A stretch of 64,000 nucleotides of DNA from an uncultured Pseudomonadota bacterium (GTDB lineage Bacteria > Pseudomonadota > Alphaproteobacteria > JACZXZ01), in contig CAVVLJ010000020.1 in the NCBI GenBank assembly GCA_963749075.1, positions 416,001 through 480,000 on the forward strand, read 5' to 3'. The position numbers were made by a program, and so were the translations under genes. The notes beneath the pieces were generated by a model, which saw only the letters and a program-made list of their open reading frames with translations, was not told the DNA's origin and ran no database searches. Shown here piece after piece: positions 45,431-54,821 of this stretch; position 1 is the stretch's first letter; every line of letters begins with the position of its first letter.

Positions 45431-47221
45431 ATGGCGCAATCGCCTTCCCCCGCGCGGCGCGAGCCGCAAGGCCCCGGCGCCGCCGCGGTTCCGGTCAACT
45501 ATCTCAACGTCATCGCGGCGGACGTGCCCCTCTTTGCGGCGGCACTCGAGGCCCATCGCCAGGGCCAGCTCGGCAAGGCGCGCGGCGCCTATCTCGAGCT
45601 CATGGACCAGCCCAGGCTGACGGCCGTCTGCCTGCATCAATTGGGCGTGATCGCCGGCCAGCAGGGCGACCACCGGCGCGCGGCCGAGCTTCTCGAGCGC
45701 GCCATCCGGCTCGACCCCGCCCAGCCCATGTACTACCAGAACCTCTCGGTCAGCCTCGAGAAGCTGGGGAACAAGCCGGCAGCGCTCGACGCCCTCATCG
45801 ATCTCGGCTGCGCCTTGCAGAAGGTCGAGCGGCACGACCAGGCGATCCCCATCTACCGGCGCATCATCGAGATCGACCGCTGCCGCTACGCCGCCTACGT
45901 CAACATGGGCACCGGCCTCGCCTGGTCGGGCGATCCGCGCGCGGCGGTGCCGGAGCTCCTGCGCGGCATCGTGCTGCACGCGCTCGTGCTGCCCGAGCTC
46001 AAGAGCTTTCTCGACGGCCTCTTGCCGCGCCTCATCGCCGACGCCGTGGTGCCGCACGACATCGTCAAGCCGCCCGGCCAGCCCAGCGGGCGCGTCGAGA
46101 TGGTCGAGCATGCGCTGACCAGCCTCGGCAAGGCGCTCACCGAGATCGGCTATCCCGACGAGGCGATCCGCTGCCACCGCATGGCGATCGAGCTCGAGCC
46201 CGGCTTCGCCCTCGCCCACTGGAACCTGTCGCTGGCACTCCTCACCAAGAGCGACTTCGCGCAAGGCTGGCAGGAGTACGAGTGGCGCTGGCGCTGGGAC
46301 AAGTTCCCCGATCCCAAGCGCCGGCTGCCAGTCCCGGTGTGGCGCGGCCAGCCGCTCGCGGGGAAGACGGTCGTGGTCTATGCCGAGCAGGGCTACGGCG
46401 ACGTGATCCAGTTCCTGCCGCTCGCCCGCCGACTGGCCGCGATGGCCGGAGAGGTGCTGCTCGAGGTCACCACCCCCCAGGTGCGCCTCCTGCGCGAGGG
46501 CTTCGCCGGCGGCAATCTTCGCGTCATCGAGCGCACGCGCGAGCCCAACCGCATCGCGACCGAGCGGCCTTACGACTATGTCGTGCCGCTCTTGAGCTTG
46601 CCGTCGCGCCTGGCACTCCGGCTCGAGGAGCTGCCGCTGGCGCGGGAGCCCTATATCACGGTGCCGCCGGCCGCCGCGGCCGCGTGGCGCGAGCGGCTCG
46701 CGGGTGCGGCCGGGCTCAAGGTCGGCCTCGCCTGGCGCGGCCGGCCGACGCCCGAGGCGAAGCGCACCATCCCGCTCGAGCGCCTCGGCCCGCTCATGGC
46801 ATGCGAGGGCGTCTCGTGGCACGCCATCCAGGTCGCGGGCGAGACCGCGGAGATCGCCGCCAGCAAGCTGCCGGTCGCCGACTGGTCGCCGCAGCTCCGC
46901 GATTTCGCCGACACCGCGGCCCTCGTCTCGGAGCTCGATCTCGTGATCAGCATCGACACCGCCGCGGCCCATCTCGCAGCGGCACTGGGCAAGCCGGTCT
47001 GGATCATGCTCCTGGCCGTACCCGACTGGCGCTGGCTCCTCGCGCGCCGCGACAGCCCCTGGTACCCGACGGCGCGGCTCTTCCGCCAGCCGGCAGCCGG
47101 CGACTGGGAGAGCGTCCTCGGCGAGCTCGCGAAGGCGCTCGCGGAACGGCAGCGCGCGCGGACCTGGTCCTCCGACTCATTGATGCATGCCCCGCCCCCT
47201 TCTTCCTCGAAGGCTGACTGA
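45431..47221 (+). CDS. TPR-repeat protein with C-terminal glycosyltransferase (GT-B, GT9-like) domain
   Basis: TPR helices; GWQEYEWRW, EQGYGDVIQF, LDLVISIDTAAAHLAAALG and DWRW..SPWYP motifs. Confidence 0.85.
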   Translation: MAQSPSPARREPQGPGAAAVPVNYLNVIAADVPLFAAALEAHRQGQLGKARGAYLELMDQPRLTAVCLHQLGVIAGQQGDHRRAAELLERAIRLDPAQPMYYQNLSVSLEKLGNKPAALDALIDLGCALQKVERHDQAIPIYRRIIEIDRCRYAAYVNMGTGLAWSGDPRAAVPELLRGIVLHALVLPELKSFLDGLLPRLIADAVVPHDIVKPPGQPSGRVEMVEHALTSLGKALTEIGYPDEAIRCHRMAIELEPGFALAHWNLSLALLTKSDFAQGWQEYEWRWRWDKFPDPKRRLPVPVWRGQPLAGKTVVVYAEQGYGDVIQFLPLARRLAAMAGEVLLEVTTPQVRLLREGFAGGNLRVIERTREPNRIATERPYDYVVPLLSLPSRLALRLEELPLAREPYITVPPAAAAAWRERLAGAAGLKVGLAWRGRPTPEAKRTIPLERLGPLMACEGVSWHAIQVAGETAEIAASKLPVADWSPQLRDFADTAALVSELDLVISIDTAAAHLAAALGKPVWIMLLAVPDWRWLLARRDSPWYPTARLFRQPAAGDWESVLGELAKALAERQRARTWSSDSLMHAPPPSSSKAD

Positions 47222-47325
47222 CCTAGGCCAATTCGAGGCTCGCCGGCAAATCGTGGCATTGCGCTGTGGATAAGTGCCCTCCACGGGCTGCGGCGAGCCC
47301 TTCGCGAGGCCTGCCCGCCGCGCGC

Positions 47326-47343
47326 CTGTAACATGAACGTCAC
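47326..47343 (+). promoter_or_regulatory. Possible Pho box upstream of phnS
   Basis: CTGTAAC-N4-ACGTCAC resembles CTGTCAT-N4-CTGTCAT with 11-bp spacing. Confidence 0.4.
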
Positions 47344-47389
47344 GTCGAGCGATTAGTATCCCGGCGTCAATTCTGGGGAGGGAACGACC

Positions 47390-48415
47390 ATGATGATCAG
47401 GAAGCTCGCTGTCGCGCTGGGAGTCGTCTTGCTCGGCTCAGCACCGGCCTGGGCCGCGAACGTCGTCACGATCTACAGCGCCGACGGGCTGCATGACGGC
47501 ACCCCCAACTGGTATCAGAACCAGTTCGACGCCTTCACCAAGGCGACCGGCATCAAGGTGCAGTATGTCGAGGGCGGCTCGGGCGTCGTCGTCGAGCGCG
47601 TCGCCAAGGAGGCCTCGAACCCGCAGGCCGACGTGCTCGTGACCTTGCCGCCGTTCATCCAGAAGGCCGCCGCGGACGGGCTGCTGCAGCCCTATACGCC
47701 GGCCGGTGCCGACCAGATCGCGGCCGAGCAGAAGGACCCCCACGGGCTCTATTTGGCGCTCGTCAACAACTACATGAATTTCATCTACAACGCGGCGGTC
47801 CTCAAGGAGCCGCCGAAGACGTTCGACGATCTGCTCGATGCGAAATTCAAGGGCAAGATCCAGTACTCGACCCCCGGTCAGGCGGGCGACGGCACCGCGG
47901 TGATGATCGAGGTGTTCCACGCCTTCGGCGGCAAGGACGCCGGCTTCGACTTCCTGAAGAAGCTGCAGGCGAACAATGTCGGCCCCTCCTCCTCGACGGG
48001 CAAGCTGACGGCGCTGGTCAACAAGGGCGAGCTCAACGTCTCCAACGGCGACGTGCAGATGAACATCTCGCAGATGGCGGCCAACCCCAACATCCGCATA
48101 TTCTGGCCGGCCGGTCCGAACGGCGAGCGCTCGACCTTCGCACTGCCCTATTACGTCGGCCTCGTGAAGGGTGCTCCGGACGCCGCCGCCGGCAAGAAGC
48201 TGATCGATTTCCTGCTCTCGAAAGAGGCGCAGGAGACGGTCACCTCGGTGGCGCAGGGCTTGCCGGTGCGCAACGACGTGACGCCGACCGACGAGGCCTT
48301 TAAGAACATCCACAAGCTGATGGAGGGTGTTAGCATCTGGACGCCGGACTGGGCGCAGGTCCTGAGCGACCTCCAGGCCGACGTCGCCAAGTGGCACCAG
48401 GTTACGGGCAGCTAG
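47390..48415 (+). CDS. phnS: 2-aminoethylphosphonate ABC substrate-binding protein
   Basis: [40 protein letters not shown] and GPSSSTGKL motifs. Confidence 0.88.
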   Translation: MMIRKLAVALGVVLLGSAPAWAANVVTIYSADGLHDGTPNWYQNQFDAFTKATGIKVQYVEGGSGVVVERVAKEASNPQADVLVTLPPFIQKAAADGLLQPYTPAGADQIAAEQKDPHGLYLALVNNYMNFIYNAAVLKEPPKTFDDLLDAKFKGKIQYSTPGQAGDGTAVMIEVFHAFGGKDAGFDFLKKLQANNVGPSSSTGKLTALVNKGELNVSNGDVQMNISQMAANPNIRIFWPAGPNGERSTFALPYYVGLVKGAPDAAAGKKLIDFLLSKEAQETVTSVAQGLPVRNDVTPTDEAFKNIHKLMEGVSIWTPDWAQVLSDLQADVAKWHQVTGS

Positions 48416-48450
48416 TCGGGCGCGCTGCGACGCTGCCGGGGGAAAGAGCC

Positions 48451-49566
48451 ATGGCCGCGTCGCGAGGCCCCTCGCCGGAGGGCGAGGGCATCATCTTCGA
48501 GGGCATCACCGTCGCCTATCGCGGCACGGTGGTGCTCGACGATTTCTCGCTGCAGATCCAGCGCGGCGAGATCATGGCGCTCATCGGTCCGTCGGGGTCG
48601 GGCAAGACCACGGCGCTGCGCGCGGTCGCGGGCTTCGTGCGCCCGCGCGCGGGCCGCGTGCGCATCGGCGAGACCGACGTGACCGATCTGCCGCCCTATG
48701 AGCGCGGCATCGGCATGGTGGTGCAGAACTACGCGCTCTTCCCCCACATGAAGATCGAGGACAACGTGGCCTTCGGCCTGCGCGCGCAAAAGGCCGAGGC
48801 CGCGCTGATCGCCGACCGGGTGCGCGACTGCCTCGGCCTGGTCGGCATGGCCGGTTTTGTCGGGCGCTACCCGCGCGAATTGTCCGGCGGGCAGCAGCAG
48901 CGCGTCGCGATCGCCCGGGCGCTCGCGGTGCGGCCGCGCGTGCTGCTGCTCGACGAGCCCTTGTCGGCGCTCGACGCCCAGATCCGCCGCTCGATGGTCG
49001 AGGAGCTGGCGAAGCTGCATCGCGATCTGCCGGGCCTGACCGTGCTCTACGTCACCCATGACCAGACCGAGGCGCTGACGCTCGCCGATCGCATCGCCAT
49101 CATGCGCGACGGCCGCTTGAGCTCGTTCGGACCGTCGCACGAGCTCTATCGCCGCCCGCCGAACCGCTTCACCGCCGAATTCCTCGGCCGCGCGAACCTG
49201 CTGGAGGTCCGCGTCGAGGCGCCCGCCGAGCGCGGCCTGGTGCGGGTGCGCTTCGGCGAGGCGGCGCTGACGGTGCCGGCCCATCCGACGCTCGGCTCCG
49301 GTGCCGATTGCCTGCTCTGCATCCGGCCGCACGATTTGCGCCTGGCCGACCATCAAGTGGACGGCAACCGGTTGAGCGCCACCGTCACGTCCGTGCAGTG
49401 GCAGGGCGATCACCACGCGATCACGCTCGATTGCGCCGGCACGCTGCTCCGCCTGGTGTCGACGCCGCTGCGCGAGCCGCCGGCGGCGGGCGAGCCGCTC
49501 GAGCTCGCCTTCGACGCCGTCGACGCGACGCTGATCGCCGCCGACGCCAGGGCTCCCCATGGCTGA
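48451..49566 (+). CDS. phnT: 2-aminoethylphosphonate ABC ATP-binding protein
   Basis: GPSGSGKTT, VVQNYALFPH and LSGGQQQR motifs; TOBE-like tail; operon context. Confidence 0.85.
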   Translation: MAASRGPSPEGEGIIFEGITVAYRGTVVLDDFSLQIQRGEIMALIGPSGSGKTTALRAVAGFVRPRAGRVRIGETDVTDLPPYERGIGMVVQNYALFPHMKIEDNVAFGLRAQKAEAALIADRVRDCLGLVGMAGFVGRYPRELSGGQQQRVAIARALAVRPRVLLLDEPLSALDAQIRRSMVEELAKLHRDLPGLTVLYVTHDQTEALTLADRIAIMRDGRLSSFGPSHELYRRPPNRFTAEFLGRANLLEVRVEAPAERGLVRVRFGEAALTVPAHPTLGSGADCLLCIRPHDLRLADHQVDGNRLSATVTSVQWQGDHHAITLDCAGTLLRLVSTPLREPPAAGEPLELAFDAVDATLIAADARAPHG

Positions 49567-50425
49567 CGTGGCCCTTGCCGGCGCCGCGCGCAGCTCAGGC
49601 CGGATCTGGGTCGTGCCGCCGCTCGCCGTGCTCGCCGGCCTCTTCTTCTATCCGCTGTCCTTGATCGTGGCGCAGGCGCTGACCGGCGACGGCGGCCGCG
49701 TCTCGCTCGACCACTTCGCCTCGGTGATCCGCTCGGCCCTCTTCGTGGGCGCGCTGCTCCACACGATCGAAATCGCCGTCGCGGCCAGCGCCGGCTGCCT
49801 CGTGCTCGGCTTCGCGATCGCGCTCGTGCTGTCCTTCGTGCCGTTCCCAGGCGCGCGCGAGGTCGCGCGCTTCATCGACACCTTCATAGCGCTGCCGACC
49901 TTTCTCGCGGCACTCGCCTTCACCTTCATCTACGGCTCGGCCGGGGTGCTCAACAGCGCGCTGATCGAGCTCTTCGGCTTGGCACGGCCGCCGATCGACT
50001 TCCTCTATTCGCCGTGGGGCGTGATCCTGGCCGAGGTCACCGTCTACACGCCCTTCGTGCTGCGTCCGCTGCTCGCCGCCTTCTCGCTGATCGAGGGGGC
50101 GCAGATCGAGGTCGCCAGCAGCCTCGGCGCGCGGCCCTGGCGGATCATCCGCCAGATCATCCTTCCGGCCGCCATGCCGGCGCTCCTGGCCGGCGGCAGC
50201 CTGTGCCTGCTGCTGACCGTCAACGAGTTCGGCATCGTGCTCTTCATCGGCGCCAAGGGCGTCATCACGCTCCCGCTCCTCGTCTACGACAAGGGCATCC
50301 AGGAATTCGACTATACCGCCGCCTGCGTCATCGCCGTCATCAACGTGGCGCTCTCGCTGTCGCTCTATATGCTGTACCGGCTGATGATCGCGCGTCTCGG
50401 AGGGCGCAATGCTGGTGTGGTCTAG
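49559..50425 (+). CDS. phnU: 2-aminoethylphosphonate ABC permease
   Basis: FIDTFIALPTFL and NEFGIVLFIGAKGV motifs. Confidence 0.85.
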   Translation: MADVALAGAARSSGRIWVVPPLAVLAGLFFYPLSLIVAQALTGDGGRVSLDHFASVIRSALFVGALLHTIEIAVAASAGCLVLGFAIALVLSFVPFPGAREVARFIDTFIALPTFLAALAFTFIYGSAGVLNSALIELFGLARPPIDFLYSPWGVILAEVTVYTPFVLRPLLAAFSLIEGAQIEVASSLGARPWRIIRQIILPAAMPALLAGGSLCLLLTVNEFGIVLFIGAKGVITLPLLVYDKGIQEFDYTAACVIAVINVALSLSLYMLYRLMIARLGGRNAGVV

Positions 50426-51206
50426 CTCCGGACGCCTGTCCGCCTGGGCCGTGGCGGCGGGGCTCATCGGCATCGTCTATGTTGCGCCCCTCGGCATCAT
50501 CCTTCTCGCGAGCTTCGCCGGGCAATGGAACGGCGCGCTGCCGAGCCTGCCGACGGTGAAGCACTATCTCGATGCCGTCTCCGGCTCGTCGGGCGACGAG
50601 CTCTGGGCCAGCATCGTGACCGGGGTGGTGGCGAGCGGGATCGCCCTCCTGATCGGCACCTGGGCGGCACTGGCATTGCGCAGCTTCCACGGATGGCCGC
50701 GGCGGGTGCTCGATGTCGTGTTCTTCACGCCGAGCGCGGTGCCCTCCGTGTCGGTCGGCCTCGGCCTGCTCGTCGCCTTCAGCCGGCCGCCGATCCTGCT
50801 CAACGGCACCAGCGCCATGGTCTTCATCGCCCATCTGGTGCTGATCTCGGCCTTCACCTACGGCAATGTCTCGGCCGGTCTCGCCCGCATCCCGCCCGAT
50901 GTCGAGCAGGTCGCCGAGAGCCTCGGCGCGCGGCCGGCCTATCGCCTGCGCCACGTCACCCTGCCGCTGATCCTGCCCCACCTCATCGCGGCCTTCAGCC
51001 TGAGCTTCGCCCTCTCCATGGGCGAGCTGGGCGCCACGGTGATGGTTTATCCGCCGGGCTGGGTCACCATGCCGGTCGGCATCTTTGCGCTCACCGACCG
51101 GGGCGACGTGTTCGAAGGCTCGGCGCTGACCATGCTGCTGGTGGTGACGACGCTCGCCGTGCTCATCGGCCTGTCGCGCATTCCGACCAAGGTGACGCCG
51201 CGGTAG
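50409..51206 (+). CDS. phnV: 2-aminoethylphosphonate ABC permease
   Basis: MLVWS start, PSAVPSVSVGLGLL and SMGELGATVMVYPPGW motifs. Confidence 0.85.
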   Translation: MLVWSSSGRLSAWAVAAGLIGIVYVAPLGIILLASFAGQWNGALPSLPTVKHYLDAVSGSSGDELWASIVTGVVASGIALLIGTWAALALRSFHGWPRRVLDVVFFTPSAVPSVSVGLGLLVAFSRPPILLNGTSAMVFIAHLVLISAFTYGNVSAGLARIPPDVEQVAESLGARPAYRLRHVTLPLILPHLIAAFSLSFALSMGELGATVMVYPPGWVTMPVGIFALTDRGDVFEGSALTMLLVVTTLAVLIGLSRIPTKVTPR

Positions 51207-51276
51207 AATAGTCCCGCTTAGCGGCAACCGGCTCCCTCGTCACCCCCGCTTTCGCGCTTGCTGATACACGCATCTT

Positions 51277-51441
51277 AAAGACGCTTGCAGGGCCACCGTG
51301 GGTCCTTCGAGACGCGCCCCTTCGGGGCGCTCCTCAGGATGAGGCAAATGTGTGTGTGGCAGAAAGACTTAACCTCATCCTGAGGAGCGAGCGTAGCGAG
51401 CGTCTCGAAGGACGCACCGTGGCCAGTCCGAGGCGCCTTTG
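51277..51441. repeat. Palindromic repeat, copy 3 (extended)
   Basis: Closely similar to 45197-45364. Confidence 0.8.
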
Positions 51442-51495
51442 CAGAGCGCAACATCATGATTTGCCGGTGATCTTAGAAATTGTGCGCATCAACTA

Positions 51496-51550
51496 GCGCG
51501 AAAGCGGGGGTCCAGAACCGCCGGTGGATTCCCGTTTTCGCGGGAATGAC
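51496..51550. repeat. Intergenic palindrome (GCGAAAGCGGG..CCA..TGGATTCCCG..CGGGAATGAC)
   Basis: Related to 43286-43362. Confidence 0.6.
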
Positions 51551-51619
51551 GATGGCGGTGTCCGGTCCGGCCGGATCATGCTTGAGCGCAGTCGGGCGAC
51601 GAGGGCGGCATTTCGCCCC

Positions 51620-52324
51620 TCAGTGGATGTCGGCCGCCCCCTTCATCGCCGACTTGAGCTTGTCGGCCGTGAAGCCGGGGGCGCGCGCGGCGTCGAGGAT
51701 GACCTTCTCGCGCCGGGAGATCTTGTCGATGGCGGCGGCGAGCCCGTCGAGCGCCGCGAGCGGCACCACGACGGCGCCGTGGCGGTCGGCGTGGACGAGG
51801 TCGCCGTGCTTGACCGTCATGCCGAAGACGTTGACCTGGCCGCCGAACGCGACGAGGTGGACGTGGGCGTGGCTCGGCCCGATCTTGCCGGCGAGGAGCT
51901 GGAAGCCGGGTGCGATCTGCTCGAGGTCGCGGATCGAGCCGTTGGTCACCCCGCCGAGCGCGCCGAGACCCTTGTGCACGGCGCTCTGCACCTCGCCCCA
52001 GAAGGCGCCGAAGCCGGGCCGCGGGTCGATGTCCTGGATGACGACGACGGTCGGGCGCGGCCCGGCCGCGACATAGTCGTAATAGGCGAGGCGGCGCTCG
52101 CGCATCTCGGCGGCACTGGCGGCCGGCGGCTCGACGGCGCGGATCGTTGCCGTGCGCGCGTAGCCGACGAAGGCCGGCAAGGCCGGACTCGCCGCATGGA
52201 GATGCTCGGTCGTGAAGCCGGTCGACTGACGCTCCGGCATGACGAGCTCGAGCCCGTTGCAGATGGTCGGCGTGTCGAAACGCGCGAGGAAAGCGAGCTG
52301 GTCGGCGCTGACGGTCTTGGCCAT
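51620..52324 (-). CDS. RraA-family protein (HMG aldolase-like)
   Basis: DTPTICNG, AFWGEV, TNGSIRD and GDLVHADRHGAVVVP motifs. Confidence 0.88.
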   Translation of the reverse strand: MAKTVSADQLAFLARFDTPTICNGLELVMPERQSTGFTTEHLHAASPALPAFVGYARTATIRAVEPPAASAAEMRERRLAYYDYVAAGPRPTVVVIQDIDPRPGFGAFWGEVQSAVHKGLGALGGVTNGSIRDLEQIAPGFQLLAGKIGPSHAHVHLVAFGGQVNVFGMTVKHGDLVHADRHGAVVVPLAALDGLAAAIDKISRREKVILDAARAPGFTADKLKSAMKGAADIH

Positions 52325-52494
52325 TGAGCGGTTTCTCCCTCCCCGAGGACGGCCGCGAGGATCGCTGTCTTTGCCGCCAGCGTCAATCGCCGGTAGCGAG
52401 CGGTTGATTGCGCGCCCAAGCTGAGGCAGAAGAGGGGGAGGGGAAACGCCATGACCGAGCCCGAGGACATGAGCCGGCGCCGGCAGAGGCCGCA

Positions 52495-53547
52495 GTGACG
52501 GGCGCTCGCGACGCGCGCGCTGCCGGCCGGACGCCTGCCGAGGCGGAGATCCTGGCGTCGCTCCGGCGCCTGGGCCTCTTGGCACCGGGCGAGGCGTGCC
52601 GCCTCCTGCCGCTCGAGGGCGGCGTCTCCTCCGACATCTGGCTCGTGGAGACGGGCGCGCGGAAGCTCTGCGTCAAGCGCGCACTGCCGCGCCTCAAGGT
52701 CAAGCGGCTCTGGGAAGCTCCCGTCGTGCGCAATCGCTATGAGTGGGCCTGGTTCGAGACGGCCGGGCGAATATGCCCCGATGCCGTGCCGCCGCTCCTC
52801 GGCCACGACGCCGCGGCCGGCCTATTCGTCATGGCCTATCTCGAGCCTGCCGAATATCCGCTGTGGAAGGCGCAGCTCGCAGCAGGAATGGCCGAGCCGC
52901 GCACCGCCGAGGCGGTGGGCGCGCGGCTCGCCCTCATCCATCAGGCAACGGCGGGCGAGCTAGCGGTCGCCCAGCGCTTCGCCACGGACGCCACCTTCCA
53001 CGCCATCCGTCTTGAGCCCTATCTCCTCGCGACTGCCGAGCTGCACGGCGATCTGGCGCCCGCCCTCGAGGCGCTCGCGCGCACCACGGCCGGCACCCGC
53101 CTCGCCCTCGTCCATGGCGACGTGAGCCCGAAGAACATCCTCTTGGGCCCGCGCGGGCCGGTCTTCCTCGATGCCGAATGCGCCTGGTACGGCGATCCGG
53201 CCTTCGATCTCGCCTTCTGCCTCAACCATCTCCTCTTGAAGTGCCTCATGGTGCCGGCTGCTGCGGCGGGTTTTCTCGCCTGCTTCGCGGCACTCGCCGA
53301 GCGCTATCTCGCCGGCGCCGGCTGGGAGCCGCGCGCAGCGCTCGAGGCGCGCACGGCGCGGCTCCTCCCCGGCCTCTTCCTCGCCCGCGTCGACGGCAAG
53401 TCGCCGGTCGAGTACGTGCGCGAGGAACGCGGCAAGGACCGCGTGCGCCGCACCGCGCGGGCGCTCTTGCAGGAGCCGGTCGAGCGCCTTGCCGAGGTGA
53501 GCGCCGCCTGGGCCGCGGAGCTCGCAACCGGGCGCGGTGCGCCGTGA
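52495..53547 (+). CDS. APH/methylthioribose-kinase-like phosphotransferase
   Basis: LEGGVSSDIW, VKRALP, LVHGDVSPKNIL and LDAECAWYGDPAFD motifs; start uncertain. Confidence 0.82.
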   Translation: MTGARDARAAGRTPAEAEILASLRRLGLLAPGEACRLLPLEGGVSSDIWLVETGARKLCVKRALPRLKVKRLWEAPVVRNRYEWAWFETAGRICPDAVPPLLGHDAAAGLFVMAYLEPAEYPLWKAQLAAGMAEPRTAEAVGARLALIHQATAGELAVAQRFATDATFHAIRLEPYLLATAELHGDLAPALEALARTTAGTRLALVHGDVSPKNILLGPRGPVFLDAECAWYGDPAFDLAFCLNHLLLKCLMVPAAAAGFLACFAALAERYLAGAGWEPRAALEARTARLLPGLFLARVDGKSPVEYVREERGKDRVRRTARALLQEPVERLAEVSAAWAAELATGRGAP

Positions 53548-54821
53548 CGGACAGCCGCATCGTCAAGCTGATCGGCCGCCGCGTGTGGGATTCGCGCGGC
53601 CGCCCCACGGTCGAGGCCGAGGTCGTGCTGGCGAGCGGTGCCCGCGGCCGGGCCATCGCACCCGCCGGCGCCTCGACCGGCAGCGGCGAGGCGGTCGAAC
53701 TGCGCGACGGCGGCAGCCGGCTCGGCGGCTTCGACGTGCGCCGCGCCGTGGCCAACGTCAACGGCGAGATCGCCAAGGCCGTGCTCGGGCGCGACGCGAC
53801 CGACCAGGAGGCGCTCGACGAGGCGCTCGTGGCGCTCGACGGCACTCCGGACAAGAGCCGCCTCGGCGCCAATGCCCTCGTCGCCGTCTCGATGGCGAAC
53901 CTCCATGCCGCGGCGGCGGCCCACGGCCTGCCGCTCTATGCCTATCTCCTCGACGAGGAGGAGGTCACGCTGCCGCTCCCCGAGATCCAGATCTTCGGCG
54001 GCGGGGCGCACGCGCGCCGGCGCGTCGACGTGCAGGATTTCATGGTCATGGCGATCGGCGCCGGCTCCTTCGACCAGGCGCTCGAATGGACGGCCGAGGT
54101 CTACCGTGCTGCGGGGCTGCTCATGGAGGAGTGGGGCAGCCTCCAAGGCGTCGCCGACGAGGGCGGCTACTGGCCCGCCTTCGATTCGAACGAGGAGGCG
54201 CTCGACGCGCTGGTGAGCGCCATCGAGCGCGCCGGCCTGGTGCCCGGCGAGGAGATGGCGATCTCCCTCGACATCGCCGCCTCGGAGTTCCGCGAGGGAG
54301 GGCTCTACCGGCTGGCGCTCGACGGCGTGGAGCTCGACGCCGACGAGATGAGCGACATGCTGATCGGCTGGCTCGACCGCTATCCCATCCACTCGATCGA
54401 GGACCCGCTCGCCGAGGACGACGCGGAGGGGATGGTGCGCTTCACCGCGGCGGTGGGCGAGCGCGTGCAGATCGTAGGCGACGACTTCCTCGTGAGCAAC
54501 GCCGCGCGCGTCCAGGCCGCGGCGGACATGGGCGCCTGCAACGCCGTCCTCCTCAAACCCAACCAGGCCGGCACCGTGAGCGAGACGCGCGCGGCGCTCG
54601 AGGCGGCGCGGGCGGCCGAGTGGGGCGCGATCGTCTCCGCCCGCTCGGGCGAGAGCGAGGACGCCACCATCGTGCATCTCGCGGTCGGCTGGGGCGTGCC
54701 GCAGCTCAAGGTCGGCTCCTTCGCGCGCTCCGAGCGCATGGCGAAATGGAACGAGGGCCTGCGCATCGAGGAGGCGGCCGGCGCCCGCGCGCGCTTCGCC
54801 GCGGGGCGGCTCTTCAGGTGA
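53544..54821 (+). CDS. Enolase-family protein (divergent paralogue)
   Basis: DSRGRPTVE, AGASTG, DEGG, IEDP, GDD, LLKPNQAGT and RSERMAKWN motifs. Confidence 0.9.
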   Translation: MTDSRIVKLIGRRVWDSRGRPTVEAEVVLASGARGRAIAPAGASTGSGEAVELRDGGSRLGGFDVRRAVANVNGEIAKAVLGRDATDQEALDEALVALDGTPDKSRLGANALVAVSMANLHAAAAAHGLPLYAYLLDEEEVTLPLPEIQIFGGGAHARRRVDVQDFMVMAIGAGSFDQALEWTAEVYRAAGLLMEEWGSLQGVADEGGYWPAFDSNEEALDALVSAIERAGLVPGEEMAISLDIAASEFREGGLYRLALDGVELDADEMSDMLIGWLDRYPIHSIEDPLAEDDAEGMVRFTAAVGERVQIVGDDFLVSNAARVQAAADMGACNAVLLKPNQAGTVSETRAALEAARAAEWGAIVSARSGESEDATIVHLAVGWGVPQLKVGSFARSERMAKWNEGLRIEEAAGARARFAAGRLFR

